A DNA stretch of 64,000 nt, from the sequence record DRR723986_576, one strand, 5' to 3'. Positions 48,801 to 59,505 of this stretch are shown one piece after another. Under the pieces are notes generated by a model. That model had not been told where the DNA came from, searched no databases, and was given only the letters and a program-made list of their open reading frames with translations. Within the stretch, counting starts at the first letter, position 1. Every line of letters starts with the position of its first letter. The position numbers and the translations under genes are program-made.

Positions 48801-49694
48801 TTATGCCGGCAGTGCATAGTGCAGCGCAATGCCAGCAAAGATCACCATGCCGACGTAGTGATTATTCAGAAAGGCCTGGAAGCACTTGTCACGCTCCCGG
48901 TATTTAATGAGCTTTTGCTGGTAGATAAACAGGCCGCTGGCCGCCATCAAGCCGGCGTAGTAGATAAAGCTCATGGCAAATTGCTTGCCGACCAGCAGCA
49001 TCACCAGAATCACCGAAACTTGCAGCATGGCGGTGATCGCCTTGTCGTCGTCGCCGAAGAGTATTGCCGTCGACTTCACGCCAATTTTCAGGTCGTCATC
49101 GCGGTCAACCATTGCGTAGAACGTATCGTAGGCCACCGTCCACATCAGCACGGCGATGTAGATCAACCACAAACTCGCCGGCAATTCACCGCGCTGCGCC
49201 GAGAATGCCATGGGTATACCCCAGGCAAACGCCGCGCCCAGCACCACCTGGGGCAGGTGCGTGTAGCGCTTCATAAAGGGGTAACACGCCGCCAGCGCCA
49301 CCGCCGCAAACGACAGCAAAATCGTTTGAATATTGGTAAACAGCACCAGCACAAAGGCCGCGCCGCACAGCACCGCAAACACGGTCAGCGCCTCTTTTTC
49401 CGTCACGCTGCCAGTGGCAAAGGGCCGCGCTTCGGTACGTTTTACGTGGGCGTCGATGTGGCGGTCGGCGTAGTCGTTGATCACACAGCCCGCCGAGCGC
49501 ATTAAAAAGGTGCCCAGAACGAAAATCAGCAGCAAATGCCAATCGGGCAGGCCCTCGGCCGCCAGCCACAGTGCCCAGAGGGTTGGCCACAGCACAAGAT
49601 AAGTGCCAATGGGGCGATCAACACGCATCAGCGCTAAATAGTGGGGAAGCTGCTGGCGAAATTGTGGGAACTGCACCTTCATTCCGTGACTCAT
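48801..49694 (-). CDS. ubiA: 4-hydroxybenzoate octaprenyltransferase
   Basis: [35 protein letters not shown]. Confidence 0.95.
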   Translation of the reverse strand: MSHGMKVQFPQFRQQLPHYLALMRVDRPIGTYLVLWPTLWALWLAAEGLPDWHLLLIFVLGTFLMRSAGCVINDYADRHIDAHVKRTEARPFATGSVTEKEALTVFAVLCGAAFVLVLFTNIQTILLSFAAVALAACYPFMKRYTHLPQVVLGAAFAWGIPMAFSAQRGELPASLWLIYIAVLMWTVAYDTFYAMVDRDDDLKIGVKSTAILFGDDDKAITAMLQVSVILVMLLVGKQFAMSFIYYAGLMAASGLFIYQQKLIKYRERDKCFQAFLNNHYVGMVIFAGIALHYALPA

Positions 49695-49745
49695 CGTTGA
49701 ACGTAGGCGCAGAGTATAACGCGTCCCGCCGCTATCAACAGAGCG

Positions 49746-50309
49746 CTAACACCACGGCTGAAACTCGGGGAGAAAAATCTCGCTGACCATGATCGGGCGC
49801 TGATCGAAAACAAAGCAGGAACGGCGCCCCCACAAGGCCGCCTGTTGATCAGGCAAGCCCTCCAAAGGCAGCTGCGCGGCTGGCAATCGGCAGATCTCGT
49901 AGGGAATGCGACGCATTGAGCGGTCGGTGAACAGGAGGTGCCCCAACGGCCGGCTGTCCAGGCCGCGCAGGCGGCGCAGATGCCCCGTTAAACTGCGCGC
50001 TGGCATCACACTGCGGGCATAAACCCAGGGTTCGTCGTGGCAGCACAACAGCACTTCGCGAATTAAACCCCAGTCGCGATCGCCCATGCTCAGTAGCCTA
50101 CGCTCCGACAAGCGAGGTAGCCCCCAGTGCTGGCTGAGCACCTGCACACGGAAATTTCCCGCCGATTGGCGGCGCAAATGGGCGGTCAATGAGCCGGTGT
50201 CCAGCAGCCAGGGCGCGTCATCCTGAAGCGCTGGAACTCCTACAAATTGATTAGCTGGCCGCCAGTTGGGCTCTTGGCGGTAGCATCGGTTTAATCGAAG
50301 GGCGTACAA
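49746..50309 (-). CDS. ubiC: Chorismate pyruvate-lyase
   Basis: WLLDTGSLT, REVLL..PWVYARS, RPLGHLLF, WGRRS, VSEIFLP; start uncertain (TTG50309 chosen; the longer ORF overlaps the rubredoxin gene). Confidence 0.88.
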   Translation of the reverse strand: MYALRLNRCYRQEPNWRPANQFVGVPALQDDAPWLLDTGSLTAHLRRQSAGNFRVQVLSQHWGLPRLSERRLLSMGDRDWGLIREVLLCCHDEPWVYARSVMPARSLTGHLRRLRGLDSRPLGHLLFTDRSMRRIPYEICRLPAAQLPLEGLPDQQAALWGRRSCFVFDQRPIMVSEIFLPEFQPWC

Positions 50310-50496
50310 TGTCGGGCTTCCAGTGGCTAGATCACTGAATACTGGCTGTTGATACACAGACAGCCAATTCGCTGAGTGCGGCAGAATGCGTGAATCGCCG
50401 CCGACTTGCAAGCCAGCCGCCGCCGTAACCATAAGGCACAGAGTGTCGATAAAGGTGGCCGCATAAGACAAACCGATGACGGCAGGACGAAAGAGT

Positions 50497-51870
50497 ATGA
50501 GTAAGTGGGAATGTATTGTTTGCGGATGGGTATACGACGAAGAAACCGGTGATCCGGATTCTGGTATTGAGCCCGGTACTCGCTGGGAAGATATCCCCGA
50601 TGACTGGCTGTGCCCGGACTGCGGCGTAGGCAAAGAAGACTTCGAAATGATCGAACAGTCTGAGCCCAGCAGCCTGCCTCACCACGACGAACCCTCTACT
50701 GCCAGCCAGGATGCCCCCATCGTGGTCATCGGTACCGGCTTGGCAGGCTACGGTCTGGTGCGCGAACTGCGCAAGCAAGACAAAGAAACCCCAGTCATTA
50801 TGATCACTGCTGACGACGGCCGCGCCTACTCCAAGCCCATGCTGTCCACCGGCTACACCAAGAAACAAGATGCCGATGCACTGGCGCAGAAAGACGCCGG
50901 CGGCATGGGTGAAGACCTCAACGCCAGCGTTTGGACCATGACCAAGGTCACGGCGATCGACACAGCGGCGCAGACCATCTCCACCGGCGACGCCGAAACC
51001 AAGGTGCACTACAAGAAGCTGGTGCTGGCACTGGGTGCCGACGTGATTCGCCCCCCTATTGGCGGCAACGGTCAGGACTACGTGTATTCGGTCAACGACC
51101 TGCTGGACTACGACGACTTCCGCAAAGCCGTCGACGCCAACAATGTGAAGAAGGTCTGCATCATCGGTGGCGGCCTGATCGGCTGTGAATTCACCAACGA
51201 CCTGATCAACGGTGGCTTCGAAGTAGAAACGGTTGACCCACTGGGTTACTGCCTGCCCACCTTGCTGCCAGAAGCTGCCGGTAAAGCCGTGCAGAGCGCA
51301 CTGGAAGACAAAGGCGCCAAATTCCACTTTGGCCCACTGGTCACCGAGGTGAACAAAGCCGACAACGGTGTGGAAGTGACGCTGAACAATGGCGAGACCA
51401 TCAGCTGTGACCTGGTACTGTCGGCCGTGGGTGTTCGCCCACAAGTCGAGCTGGCCAAGTCTGCGGGCATTGAAGTGAATCGCGGCGTGGTGACCAACCG
51501 CCTGCTGGAAACCAATGCACCCAATGTGTACGCCATGGGTGACTGCGCAGAAGTCGCCGGTCACGTGTTGGTATACGTCGCACCGCTGATGGCTCAGGCT
51601 CGCGCCCTGGCCAAAACCCTCACCGGCGAGCCGACCGAGGTGAGCTACCCGGCGATGCCTGTCACCATCAAAACACCTGCGTGCCCAGTGTGCGTGTCTC
51701 CCGCTCCTCGCGACGCGAAAGGCGAATGGCAAATCGAGCAAGACGGCAACAATGTTGTCGCCAAGTTTGTCGACACGGCCACCGGCGACCTGCTGGGCTT
51801 TGCACTGACCGGCGAAGGCACCAAGCAAAAAATGGCGCTGCAGAAAGAACTGCCCGCCATCATGCCCTAA
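50497..51870 (+). CDS. Rubredoxin-rubredoxin:NAD+ reductase fusion protein
   Basis: N-terminal CIVCG..CPDCG rubredoxin, ~20 aa linker, then IGTGLAG / [15 protein letters not shown] reductase. Confidence 0.9.
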   Translation: MSKWECIVCGWVYDEETGDPDSGIEPGTRWEDIPDDWLCPDCGVGKEDFEMIEQSEPSSLPHHDEPSTASQDAPIVVIGTGLAGYGLVRELRKQDKETPVIMITADDGRAYSKPMLSTGYTKKQDADALAQKDAGGMGEDLNASVWTMTKVTAIDTAAQTISTGDAETKVHYKKLVLALGADVIRPPIGGNGQDYVYSVNDLLDYDDFRKAVDANNVKKVCIIGGGLIGCEFTNDLINGGFEVETVDPLGYCLPTLLPEAAGKAVQSALEDKGAKFHFGPLVTEVNKADNGVEVTLNNGETISCDLVLSAVGVRPQVELAKSAGIEVNRGVVTNRLLETNAPNVYAMGDCAEVAGHVLVYVAPLMAQARALAKTLTGEPTEVSYPAMPVTIKTPACPVCVSPAPRDAKGEWQIEQDGNNVVAKFVDTATGDLLGFALTGEGTKQKMALQKELPAIMP

Positions 51871-51891
51871 GCCTTAACGGCTGAGCATAAT

Positions 51892-51916
51892 AAACCCCGC
51901 TACGGCGGGGTTTTTT
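51892..51916 (+). terminator. Rho-independent terminator
   Basis: aaaccccgc tacg gcggggtttttt. Confidence 0.88.
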
Positions 51917-52033
51917 GTGCCTGCACAAAGGCGCTACTGTCCGCTTTGCACATTGCCAGTGCATCAGCGCTGCGCTGAAATGCGGGGGCATAACGCTGCT
52001 TTGCCATTGCAAAACGATAATAACGAGACCGCC

Positions 52034-52663
52034 ATGAGCCTTTACGATACCTACGTGCTACCCGCTGTGATCGACAGAGCCTGCTCCATGCCTGCTGTTA
52101 TGGAGGCCCGCCGCGACGTGGTGCCCCAATGCCAGGGCGCAGTGCTGGAAGTAGGTATGGGTAGTGGTATTAATCTCCCTCTCTACGATGCCAGCAAGGT
52201 GGACTATATCTGGGGCCTGGAACCCTCAGAGGGAATGCGCCGCAAGGCGCAAAAGAACCTGGCCGCCAGCGCCTTGGATGTACGCTGGCTCGATCTGCCG
52301 GGCGAGAAGATCCCGCTGGCCGACAACAGCGTCGACACCGTGCTGTTAACCTTCACCCTGTGCACCATTCCCGACTGGCGCAGTGCACTGGCGCAAATGC
52401 ACCGCGTGCTCAAACCGGACGGCCAACTGCTTTTTTGCGAGCACGGTCTGTCAGAGGAACCTGCGGTGGCGCGCTGGCAAAATCGCATTACGCCGGTCTG
52501 GAAACGCTTTGCCGGAGGCTGCCACCTGAACCGCCCCATCGCCGAGTTACTGCAAGAAGGCCATTTCGCCATCGACCAACTCGAGCGCCGCTATCTGGAA
52601 AAAGCCCCGCGTATCGCCGGTTATGTCTACAGCGGCAGTGCCCACAAACGCGTTGCGGACTAG
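52034..52663 (+). CDS. Class I SAM-dependent methyltransferase (METTL7-like)
   Basis: VLEVGMGSG, LCTIPD, RVLKPDG, GGCHLNR. Confidence 0.88.
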   Translation: MSLYDTYVLPAVIDRACSMPAVMEARRDVVPQCQGAVLEVGMGSGINLPLYDASKVDYIWGLEPSEGMRRKAQKNLAASALDVRWLDLPGEKIPLADNSVDTVLLTFTLCTIPDWRSALAQMHRVLKPDGQLLFCEHGLSEEPAVARWQNRITPVWKRFAGGCHLNRPIAELLQEGHFAIDQLERRYLEKAPRIAGYVYSGSAHKRVAD

Positions 52664-52743
52664 CCTCTACGGCATCGGCACGCTAGAGTGCGGCATAGGC
52701 CCGTCAAACGCTGGGCCCTTCCAATAAAAAATTCGGACGCACT

Positions 52744-54030
52744 ATGCCCAAACTCGCTTTGCACTGGCAAATTGCTATTGCCATTTCCCTCGCCGTTATC
52801 GCTGGCATGCTCGGCGGCGCCGATGCCGAAATTGCCGGCTTTAAATTACTGGCGGTATACGCCTTTCTCGGCACGCTGTTTTTAAACGCCCTGAAGATGT
52901 TAATCGTGCCTCTGGTCAGCGCCTCGATTATCAGCGGCATGGCCGGTATTGGCGGCGACAATCTGGAGCGCCTGGGCGGTAAAACCCTGCTGTTTTACGC
53001 CACATCCAGCCTCATTGCGATTCTGATCGGACTGACGGTCGTCAATATTATCCAGCCCGGCGTCGGCGACACCGAAGCCCTCGCCGCCAGCTTGAGCAGC
53101 GACAACGCCGAGCTCAACGCCACCCTCGCCAAGGTCGAAGGCCGCAGCGCCGCCGATATTGTGCAAGTGTTTGAGCGCATGATCCCTCCCAATGTGATCG
53201 CGGCGGCGGCCAATGGCCAAATGCTGGGGCTGATATTTTTCAGCTTGCTATATGGCTTTTTCCTCGCCCGCAGCGACTCCGAGCACGCGGAAGTTCAGCT
53301 GAACTTTTGGCAGGGCTTGATGGATATTATGACCAGCATGACCATGTGGGTGATGAAATTTGCCCCTATTGGGGTTTTTGGTCTGGTGGCAAAAACCGTC
53401 GCCGGCACCGGCTTTGACGCCTTTTCGCCCATGCTCAAATTCTTTTTTGCCGCCGCGCTGGCGCTGGCGCTACACGCCTTTGTCGCCATGCCGCTGGTGC
53501 TTCGCTACCTGGGCAAAGTGCGGCCAGTCAAACACTATCAGGCCATGGCACCGGCAATGCTCACCGCCTTCTCCACCGCCTCCAGCTCCGCGACCTTGCC
53601 GCTTACGATGGAGTGTGTGCAGGACAAATCCGGCGTATCCAAACGCACCAGCGGCTTCGTGTTGCCGTTAGGCGCAACCGTAAATATGGATGGTACCGCT
53701 TTGTATGAGTGCGTAGCGGCCATGTTTATCGCCCAGGTCTACGGCCTGGACTTGAGCTTCGCCCAGCAGTTCACCGTGGTAATGGTCGCCCTGCTAACCT
53801 CGATCGGCGTGGCCGGCATTCCCGCCGCCAGCCTGGTGGCCATCTCCGTCATCCTTGGCACCATTGGCCTGCCACTGGAGGGTATAGGCCTACTGCTGGT
53901 GACCGACCGGATTCTGGATATGATGCGCACCGCGGTGAATGTATTTAGCGACTCCTGCGCCGCCGTGGTAATCGCCCGTAGTGAAGGCGAACAAACAGCC
54001 ATTGCCATTGAACAAGGCAGCCGCCGATGA
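52744..54030 (+). CDS. Dicarboxylate/amino acid:cation symporter (DAACS)
   Basis: AFSTASSSATLP, GATVNMDGTALY, DRILDMMRTAVNV. Confidence 0.92.
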   Translation: MPKLALHWQIAIAISLAVIAGMLGGADAEIAGFKLLAVYAFLGTLFLNALKMLIVPLVSASIISGMAGIGGDNLERLGGKTLLFYATSSLIAILIGLTVVNIIQPGVGDTEALAASLSSDNAELNATLAKVEGRSAADIVQVFERMIPPNVIAAAANGQMLGLIFFSLLYGFFLARSDSEHAEVQLNFWQGLMDIMTSMTMWVMKFAPIGVFGLVAKTVAGTGFDAFSPMLKFFFAAALALALHAFVAMPLVLRYLGKVRPVKHYQAMAPAMLTAFSTASSSATLPLTMECVQDKSGVSKRTSGFVLPLGATVNMDGTALYECVAAMFIAQVYGLDLSFAQQFTVVMVALLTSIGVAGIPAASLVAISVILGTIGLPLEGIGLLLVTDRILDMMRTAVNVFSDSCAAVVIARSEGEQTAIAIEQGSRR

Positions 54031-55202
54031 GCCAGCGCAAGCGTATCCCGCGCCTCAAAGGCAATGACTACTCGGAACAGGCCGCGCAACAACGCCGCAG
54101 CTTCATTGAAGAACAAACGGGTACGTCACTGACGAACACCCGGCATTACTCTCTCGACCCAGCAAGCCTGGAGGGAAACACCGAGAACTTTATCGGCGTT
54201 GTACAAATGCCACTGGGCGTGGCCGGCCCCTATCGCATCAATGGCGAACATGCTCAAGGCGACTTTTACATCCCGATGGCAACCACAGAGGGAACGTTGA
54301 TCGCCTCGTATAGCCGGGGCATGAGGTTGGTCACTGAATCGGGTGGGTGCACCGTCACTGTCGTCGACGAAGCTATGCAGCGGGCACCATTATTTGAATT
54401 GGCATCTGCCCGAGAGGCACGGGCCTTATCACAATGGCTTGAGGCAAATTTTGCGGCAATTAAAGCCGAGGCCGAAAGTACAACACGTATTGGCACACTG
54501 GAAAATATTCAAAGCTGGGTAATCGCAAACAAACTGTTCACCCGATTCAACTATCTTACCGGTGATGCCGCTGGCCAAAATATGACGGGCAAAGCAACTC
54601 ACAAAGCCTGCCAGTGGGTGCTCTCAAACTTCGACGGTATCCAACATTTTTCATTATCGGGCGGCATCGAAACCGATAAGAAACACTCCCATATGAACCT
54701 GCTGCACAGCCGCGGTAAAAAAGTCATCGCCGAAGCGGTCATCAAGAGAGAGCTGCTGCAAAGCCTGATGCGTGCCGAGCCCGAGCGGATGGTGCGACTG
54801 CGCCAGCGCACCATTGCCGGCAGTTTACTGGCGGGGTCGGCCTACAATGGTCCGCACTCGGCGAACGGTATCGCCGCGATGTTTATCGCCACCGGCCAGG
54901 ACGAGGCCAACGTCGTAGAGTCCCACGCCGGCATTGCCTTTATGGACCTCACCGACGATGGCGACCTGTATTACTCCGTCACGCTGCCCTCGATTATCTG
55001 CGCCAGCTATGGCGGCGGCACTGGCTTGGCGACCCAGCGTGAGTGCTTGGAAATGATGGGCTGTTACGGTGAGGGCAAAGCCCACAAACTCGCGGAAATT
55101 ATTGCGGCAACCGTCCTAGCCGGAGATCTATCGCTGGCAGCTGCCGTTGTTTCCGATGAGTGGGTATCCAGCCACGATCAGCTCGGTCGAAATCGCCCCT
55201 GA
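54027..55202 (+). CDS. HMG-CoA reductase, class I-like
   Basis: ENFIG, PMATTEG, GDAAGQNM, DKK, GQD, GGGT, C-terminal catalytic His. Confidence 0.88.
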   Translation: MSQRKRIPRLKGNDYSEQAAQQRRSFIEEQTGTSLTNTRHYSLDPASLEGNTENFIGVVQMPLGVAGPYRINGEHAQGDFYIPMATTEGTLIASYSRGMRLVTESGGCTVTVVDEAMQRAPLFELASAREARALSQWLEANFAAIKAEAESTTRIGTLENIQSWVIANKLFTRFNYLTGDAAGQNMTGKATHKACQWVLSNFDGIQHFSLSGGIETDKKHSHMNLLHSRGKKVIAEAVIKRELLQSLMRAEPERMVRLRQRTIAGSLLAGSAYNGPHSANGIAAMFIATGQDEANVVESHAGIAFMDLTDDGDLYYSVTLPSIICASYGGGTGLATQRECLEMMGCYGEGKAHKLAEIIAATVLAGDLSLAAAVVSDEWVSSHDQLGRNRP

Positions 55203-55224
55203 TATTGAACCGGCAACTCGCCGA

Positions 55225-56541
55225 CTACTCCTCCAGGCGCCGATACAGCGACCGCAGGCTGATACCGGCAATGTCGGCGGCTTTTTCCTTGTCGCCATTG
55301 CAATGCTGCAGCAGCGACTTGAGATACTGTTGCTCTTGCGCCTTTAAGTCCAGCCACGGGCCCTTGTGAGGCGCAGCGGGACTTGGCGCGGGCTCTGCCT
55401 GGCGACCCTCTTGCCCAAAGCAGCGCTCCAGCACCGCGAGGTCGATAATACTGGAATGGGCGAAGATGGTGGCGCGCTCCAGGATGTTTTTCAGCTCGCG
55501 GATATTGCCCGGAAAATCATAGTCCTGCAGGCGCTTTACCGCAGAATCAGTGAGGCGATAACCGCCATTGGGGCTGAGCTTTTTCAAGATCGAGCGGGAG
55601 ATCAACGCAAGGTCGGCGCGGCGCTCACGCAGCGGTGGCAGGTGGATGGGAAAGGTATTAATCCGGTAGTAGAGGTCTTCGCGGAACTGGCCCTCGGCGA
55701 TCATCGCTGGCAGGTCTTTGTTGGTGGCACAGATCAAGCGGAAGTCGGCCAGCTGAGGTTGGGTGCTGCCCACTGCGCGATAACTGCCGGTTTCCAGCAG
55801 GCGCAGCAATTTTACCTGCATACCCAGCGGGACATCGCCGATCTCGTCCAGAAACAGGGTGCCGCCACGAGCCGACTCAAGCAGGCCCGGCTTATTGCTC
55901 ACCGCGCCGGTAAACGCGCCCTTCACATGGCCAAACAGCTCGCTTTCAAACAGGGTGTCGGTCAAGCCCGCACATTCAACAGTAACCATCGCCTTGTCGC
56001 AGCGCCCACCGGTACTGTGGATCGCCTGCGCTGCCAGCTCCTTGCCGGCGCCGGACTCGCCGAGCAACAACACCGAGGTGTCGTGGGGAGCAACCAGATT
56101 TATCAGCTCCAACATGGTGTTAAACGCCGCACTGCGTCCCACCATATGGTCGCTGCTGATCTCCGCACTGGCGCTGCGCACTGGCTTGAGCATTTCAATA
56201 AAGTAGCGCAACTCTCCATTGCGACCTTTAATGGGTAGCATCTCTACATCAATATGCTCGCGACCACGGGGGGTATTGTGGATATGCAGCACGCGCTCGC
56301 GCTCGCCACTGTGGGTACACGCCTGAAGGGGGCAGCTCTCGCCCGCCTGGTCGCAGGGCTTGTCGTAGCCATGAGACACCCTGAAACAGTGATCGCCCAC
56401 CGGCACATCGCCAAAGCTTTGCTGGTAACGCTGATTACTCGCCACAATCTGGTAATCGGGCGTCAGTAGAATGGCCGGGTGCTCTAAGCCGTCGAGCAGA
56501 GACCGAAAATCGAGGTCGAGGTCTGTAGCAATTTGTCGCAT
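55225..56541 (-). CDS. Sigma-54 enhancer-binding protein with Cys-containing PAS-like sensor (FisR-like)
   Basis: [22 protein letters not shown]-terminal Fis HTH; sensor C-x10-C-x6-C. Confidence 0.88.
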   Translation of the reverse strand: MRQIATDLDLDFRSLLDGLEHPAILLTPDYQIVASNQRYQQSFGDVPVGDHCFRVSHGYDKPCDQAGESCPLQACTHSGERERVLHIHNTPRGREHIDVEMLPIKGRNGELRYFIEMLKPVRSASAEISSDHMVGRSAAFNTMLELINLVAPHDTSVLLLGESGAGKELAAQAIHSTGGRCDKAMVTVECAGLTDTLFESELFGHVKGAFTGAVSNKPGLLESARGGTLFLDEIGDVPLGMQVKLLRLLETGSYRAVGSTQPQLADFRLICATNKDLPAMIAEGQFREDLYYRINTFPIHLPPLRERRADLALISRSILKKLSPNGGYRLTDSAVKRLQDYDFPGNIRELKNILERATIFAHSSIIDLAVLERCFGQEGRQAEPAPSPAAPHKGPWLDLKAQEQQYLKSLLQHCNGDKEKAADIAGISLRSLYRRLEE

Positions 56542-56547
56542 CGTCTT

Positions 56548-56582
56548 TGCCAGAAATGACAGGTATTCTGACAAGACTGACA
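56548..56582. promoter_or_regulatory. Putative enhancer (UAS) pair
   Basis: TGCCAGAAATGACA and TGACAAGACTGACA 21 bp apart; same arrangement at 59238/59259. Confidence 0.65.
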
Positions 56583-56648
56583 CAAAACCTGGCACGCTGC
56601 GATACACATTACCTTTTGAAAACCGCTCGCCTGATTTTTATCCATCAA

Positions 56649-56661
56649 AATCAATGCTTTG
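56649..56661 (+). promoter_or_regulatory. IHF site
   Basis: AATCAAtgctTTG matches WATCAA-N4-TTR, between the UAS and the sigma-54 promoter. Confidence 0.6.
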
Positions 56662-56677
56662 CGGAATTTTCGCGCAC

Positions 56678-56692
56678 TGGCACACACATTGC
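56678..56692 (+). promoter_or_regulatory. Sigma-54 -24/-12 promoter for cydAB
   Basis: TGGCAC-acaca-TTGC, exact consensus. Confidence 0.85.
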
Positions 56693-56754
56693 TGTGTATC
56701 TTAGTACAAATCGGAATATTGGAATTCCGTTTAGATATATAGAGAGAGGAGCTT

Positions 56755-58128
56755 ATGGATATCGACCCCCTTGTGCTGGCGCGCATACAGTTCGCCACCA
56801 ATATCAGCTTTCATATCCTGTTTCCCGCCATTTCCATTGGCTTGGGCTGGTTGCTGCTGTTTTTTCGGGTGCGCTTTACCCAAACCGGCGACAAGGCCTG
56901 GGAATATGCCTATTACTTCTGGGTGAAGATCTTTGCCCTGACCTTCGCCATGGGCGTTGTCTCGGGCATTACCATGAGCTTCCAGTTCGGCACCAACTGG
57001 CCGGGCTTTATGGAAAAAGCCGGCAATGTCGCCGGGCCGCTGCTGGGCTATGAGGTACTGAGCGCCTTCTTTCTGGAGGCTTCATTCCTCGGCATTATGC
57101 TGTTCGGCAAAGACCGCGTATCCAATCGCATGCACCTGATCAGTACCTTTCTGGTGGCATTCGGCACGACGCTTTCGGCGTTCTGGATTCTCAGCCTGAA
57201 TTCGTGGATGCAAACCCCCACCGGCTACTACCTGGAAGACGGCGTGGTCATGGTGGAAAGCTGGTGGGAAGTGATCTTCAATCCCTCTTTCCCCTACCGC
57301 TTCTTCCATATGGTAATCGCCTCTGTACTAACCAGCGCCTTCCTCGTTGCTGGCGTCAGCGCCTGGCGGGCACTGAAGAATGTCGACGGCCCCGCCACCT
57401 GGAAGATTATGCGCACCGGCGTGATGGTTGCCGCGGTGCTGGCCCCGCTGCAAATTTTCATCGGCGATCTGCACGGCCTCAACACCCTTGAACACCAGCC
57501 GGCAAAAGTCGCCGCCATGGAAGCCATTTGGGAAACTGAGGAAGGCGCCCCCTTCACTGTTGTCGCCCTTCCCGACGAAGAGAGCCGCAGCAATAAATTC
57601 GCGCTGGAAATTCCCTACGCCGCAAGCCTGGTACTTACCCACGAACTCAAGGGCGAAGTTAAGGGCCTGAATGAGTTTGTTGGCGAACACCCACCCGTCG
57701 CGATCGTGTTCTGGTCTTTCCGTGTGATGCTCGCCATCGGCGGACTAATGGTACTGGTCGCGTGGTGGGCCGCCTGGGCACTGCGAAGCGGCCGGCAGGC
57801 CAGTAAACCCGTACTCGCGGCCCTCTCAGCGATGACCTTCTCCGGTTGGATCGCGGTGCTGGCCGGCTGGTACGTTACCGAGATTGGCCGCCAGCCCTGG
57901 ATCGTCGACGGCGTACTAAAAGTCCAGGACGTTGTCGCCGACCACAGCGCTGCCACCGTTAGCGGCACCTTGTTCGGCTATATCCTTCTATACCTGTTCT
58001 TACTGGCTTCTTACATCGGCGCGCTGCGCAATTTGTCGGCCAAGCCCGCTGCCTCGTTGATCTTAAACCCGGCTGGCACGGCGTCAGCCAACACCGGCGA
58101 TAACACCGCGAAAGGGGGAGAATCGTAA
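56755..58128 (+). CDS. cydA: Cytochrome bd ubiquinol oxidase subunit I (short Q-loop, CIO-like)
   Basis: LARIQFA..FHILFP, FQFGTNW, QPAKVAAMEA, TEIGRQPW. Confidence 0.93.
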   Translation: MDIDPLVLARIQFATNISFHILFPAISIGLGWLLLFFRVRFTQTGDKAWEYAYYFWVKIFALTFAMGVVSGITMSFQFGTNWPGFMEKAGNVAGPLLGYEVLSAFFLEASFLGIMLFGKDRVSNRMHLISTFLVAFGTTLSAFWILSLNSWMQTPTGYYLEDGVVMVESWWEVIFNPSFPYRFFHMVIASVLTSAFLVAGVSAWRALKNVDGPATWKIMRTGVMVAAVLAPLQIFIGDLHGLNTLEHQPAKVAAMEAIWETEEGAPFTVVALPDEESRSNKFALEIPYAASLVLTHELKGEVKGLNEFVGEHPPVAIVFWSFRVMLAIGGLMVLVAWWAAWALRSGRQASKPVLAALSAMTFSGWIAVLAGWYVTEIGRQPWIVDGVLKVQDVVADHSAATVSGTLFGYILLYLFLLASYIGALRNLSAKPAASLILNPAGTASANTGDNTAKGGES

Positions 58129-59120
58129 TGGAATACTGGCTACCGATTATCTATATGGCGGCAATGGGCTTGTCCCTGCTGATCTACGTTATTCTCGACG
58201 GCTACGACCTCGGCGTTGGCATGCTTATGCCGCTGGCCAACGACGCCGAAAAAGACATTATGGTCGCCTCCATTGGCCCCTTCTGGGACGCCAACGAGAC
58301 CTGGATTGTGCTCGGCGTGGGGATTCTATTAATCGCCTTCCCCATGGCCCACGGCATCGTGCTCACCGAGCTGTATCTGCCGGTAACGATCATGCTGATG
58401 GGCTTGATACTGCGCGGCGTAGCCTTTGACCTGCGCGTCAAAGCGGGTGACCACCGCAAGGCGCTGTGGAACCGCGCCTTTTTCGTCGGTTCACTGGTCG
58501 CCTCAATGGCTCAGGGCTGGATGCTCGGCGCCTACGTCACCGGCCTGCAATCCAATACCACCAGCCTGCTGTTCTCGGCCCTCATCGCGTTAACCCTGCC
58601 CGCGCTGTACCTCACACTGGGCTGTGGCTGGCTGCTGATGAAGACCGAGGGCGACCTGCTCACCAAAGCCATTGGCTGGGCGCGCAAGTCTGTGTGGCCT
58701 ATGGGCCTGGGCCTGTTGCTGGTGTCTATCGCCACGCCACTGGTCAGCGACGCGATTGCGGAGAAGTGGTTCAGCTGGCCCAACTTCCTGATTCTGGCGC
58801 CTATTCCAGTGCTGTCTCTCGCCGCGTTTGCCGCGATTGTTGCCCTGCTTAACAGCGACAACAGCATCTACCGCGGCCACGGCTGGAAGCTGTATGCCAG
58901 CACCGTGGCCATCTGCGTATTGGCCAGCCTCGGCCTTGGCTACAGCCTGTTCCCCAACATCATCATTGGCCAAATGACGATCTGGGATGCCGCCGCCTCG
59001 GTCAACGCCCTGCAATTCACCCTGGTTGGCGTTGTGCTGACCCTGCCGATCATTATCGGCTACACCATTTTCGTCTACCGCATCTTCCACGGTAAGGCGA
59101 CCCACCTCTCCTACGACTGA
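58128..59120 (+). CDS. cydB: Cytochrome bd ubiquinol oxidase subunit II
   Basis: LDGYDLGVG, GPFWDANETW, LRGVAF. Confidence 0.93.
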   Translation: MEYWLPIIYMAAMGLSLLIYVILDGYDLGVGMLMPLANDAEKDIMVASIGPFWDANETWIVLGVGILLIAFPMAHGIVLTELYLPVTIMLMGLILRGVAFDLRVKAGDHRKALWNRAFFVGSLVASMAQGWMLGAYVTGLQSNTTSLLFSALIALTLPALYLTLGCGWLLMKTEGDLLTKAIGWARKSVWPMGLGLLLVSIATPLVSDAIAEKWFSWPNFLILAPIPVLSLAAFAAIVALLNSDNSIYRGHGWKLYASTVAICVLASLGLGYSLFPNIIIGQMTIWDAAASVNALQFTLVGVVLTLPIIIGYTIFVYRIFHGKATHLSYD

Positions 59121-59142
59121 GCAGCAACAGCCACTGCTCATT

Positions 59143-59175
59143 GGCGGGCTGCGCGCAAGCGGGCCCGCCTTTTTT
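59143..59175 (+). terminator. Rho-independent terminator after cydB
   Basis: ggcgggc...gcccgcc followed by T6. Confidence 0.8.
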
Positions 59176-59237
59176 ATGCCCGCGCCTTCAGTCGACGTCA
59201 TCTATCAGCCACTTCCAGCCCCCACAGAACACAACTC

Positions 59238-59272
59238 TGCCAAATGTGACGAAGTTTCTGCCAGATCTGGCA
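59238..59272. promoter_or_regulatory. Putative enhancer (UAS) pair for pdo-sqr
   Basis: TGCCAAATGTGACG and perfect palindrome TGCCAGATCTGGCA, 21 bp apart. Confidence 0.7.
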
Positions 59273-59378
59273 AAAGCAAAGAGGTTTTATTTGCGACGGC
59301 AGCTCAAGCAAACCCGAATGAAATTTAATTTTCCGTAATTACAACAAGTTACGCTAAATATTCGTTTTTACCGTGTTT

Positions 59379-59393
59379 TGGCACGAATCCTGT
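59379..59393 (+). promoter_or_regulatory. Sigma-54-type promoter for pdo-sqr (variant -12)
   Basis: TGGCAC-gaatc-CTGT: -24 perfect, -12 degenerate. Confidence 0.6.
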
Positions 59394-59505
59394 TACTACA
59401 ATCATACGGAATATAGTTATTCCAATTACGCATAACCGAGGCCGCGTTATCGCTGTACGCATCAGGGACCGATACCGCTCGCGACAACAGTAAGAGGATT
59501 GCATC

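Noticed and set aside
50310-50633. Long N-terminal extension of ubiC
   Set aside because: Overlaps the divergent rubredoxin gene; UbiC similarity begins only near 50290
50332-51828. 498-aa antisense ORF over the rubredoxin-reductase gene
   Set aside because: No recognisable motifs; typical antisense shadow of a codon-biased GC-rich gene
56590-56604. Second TGGCAC as a sigma-54 promoter
   Set aside because: No -12 TTGC element at the required spacing
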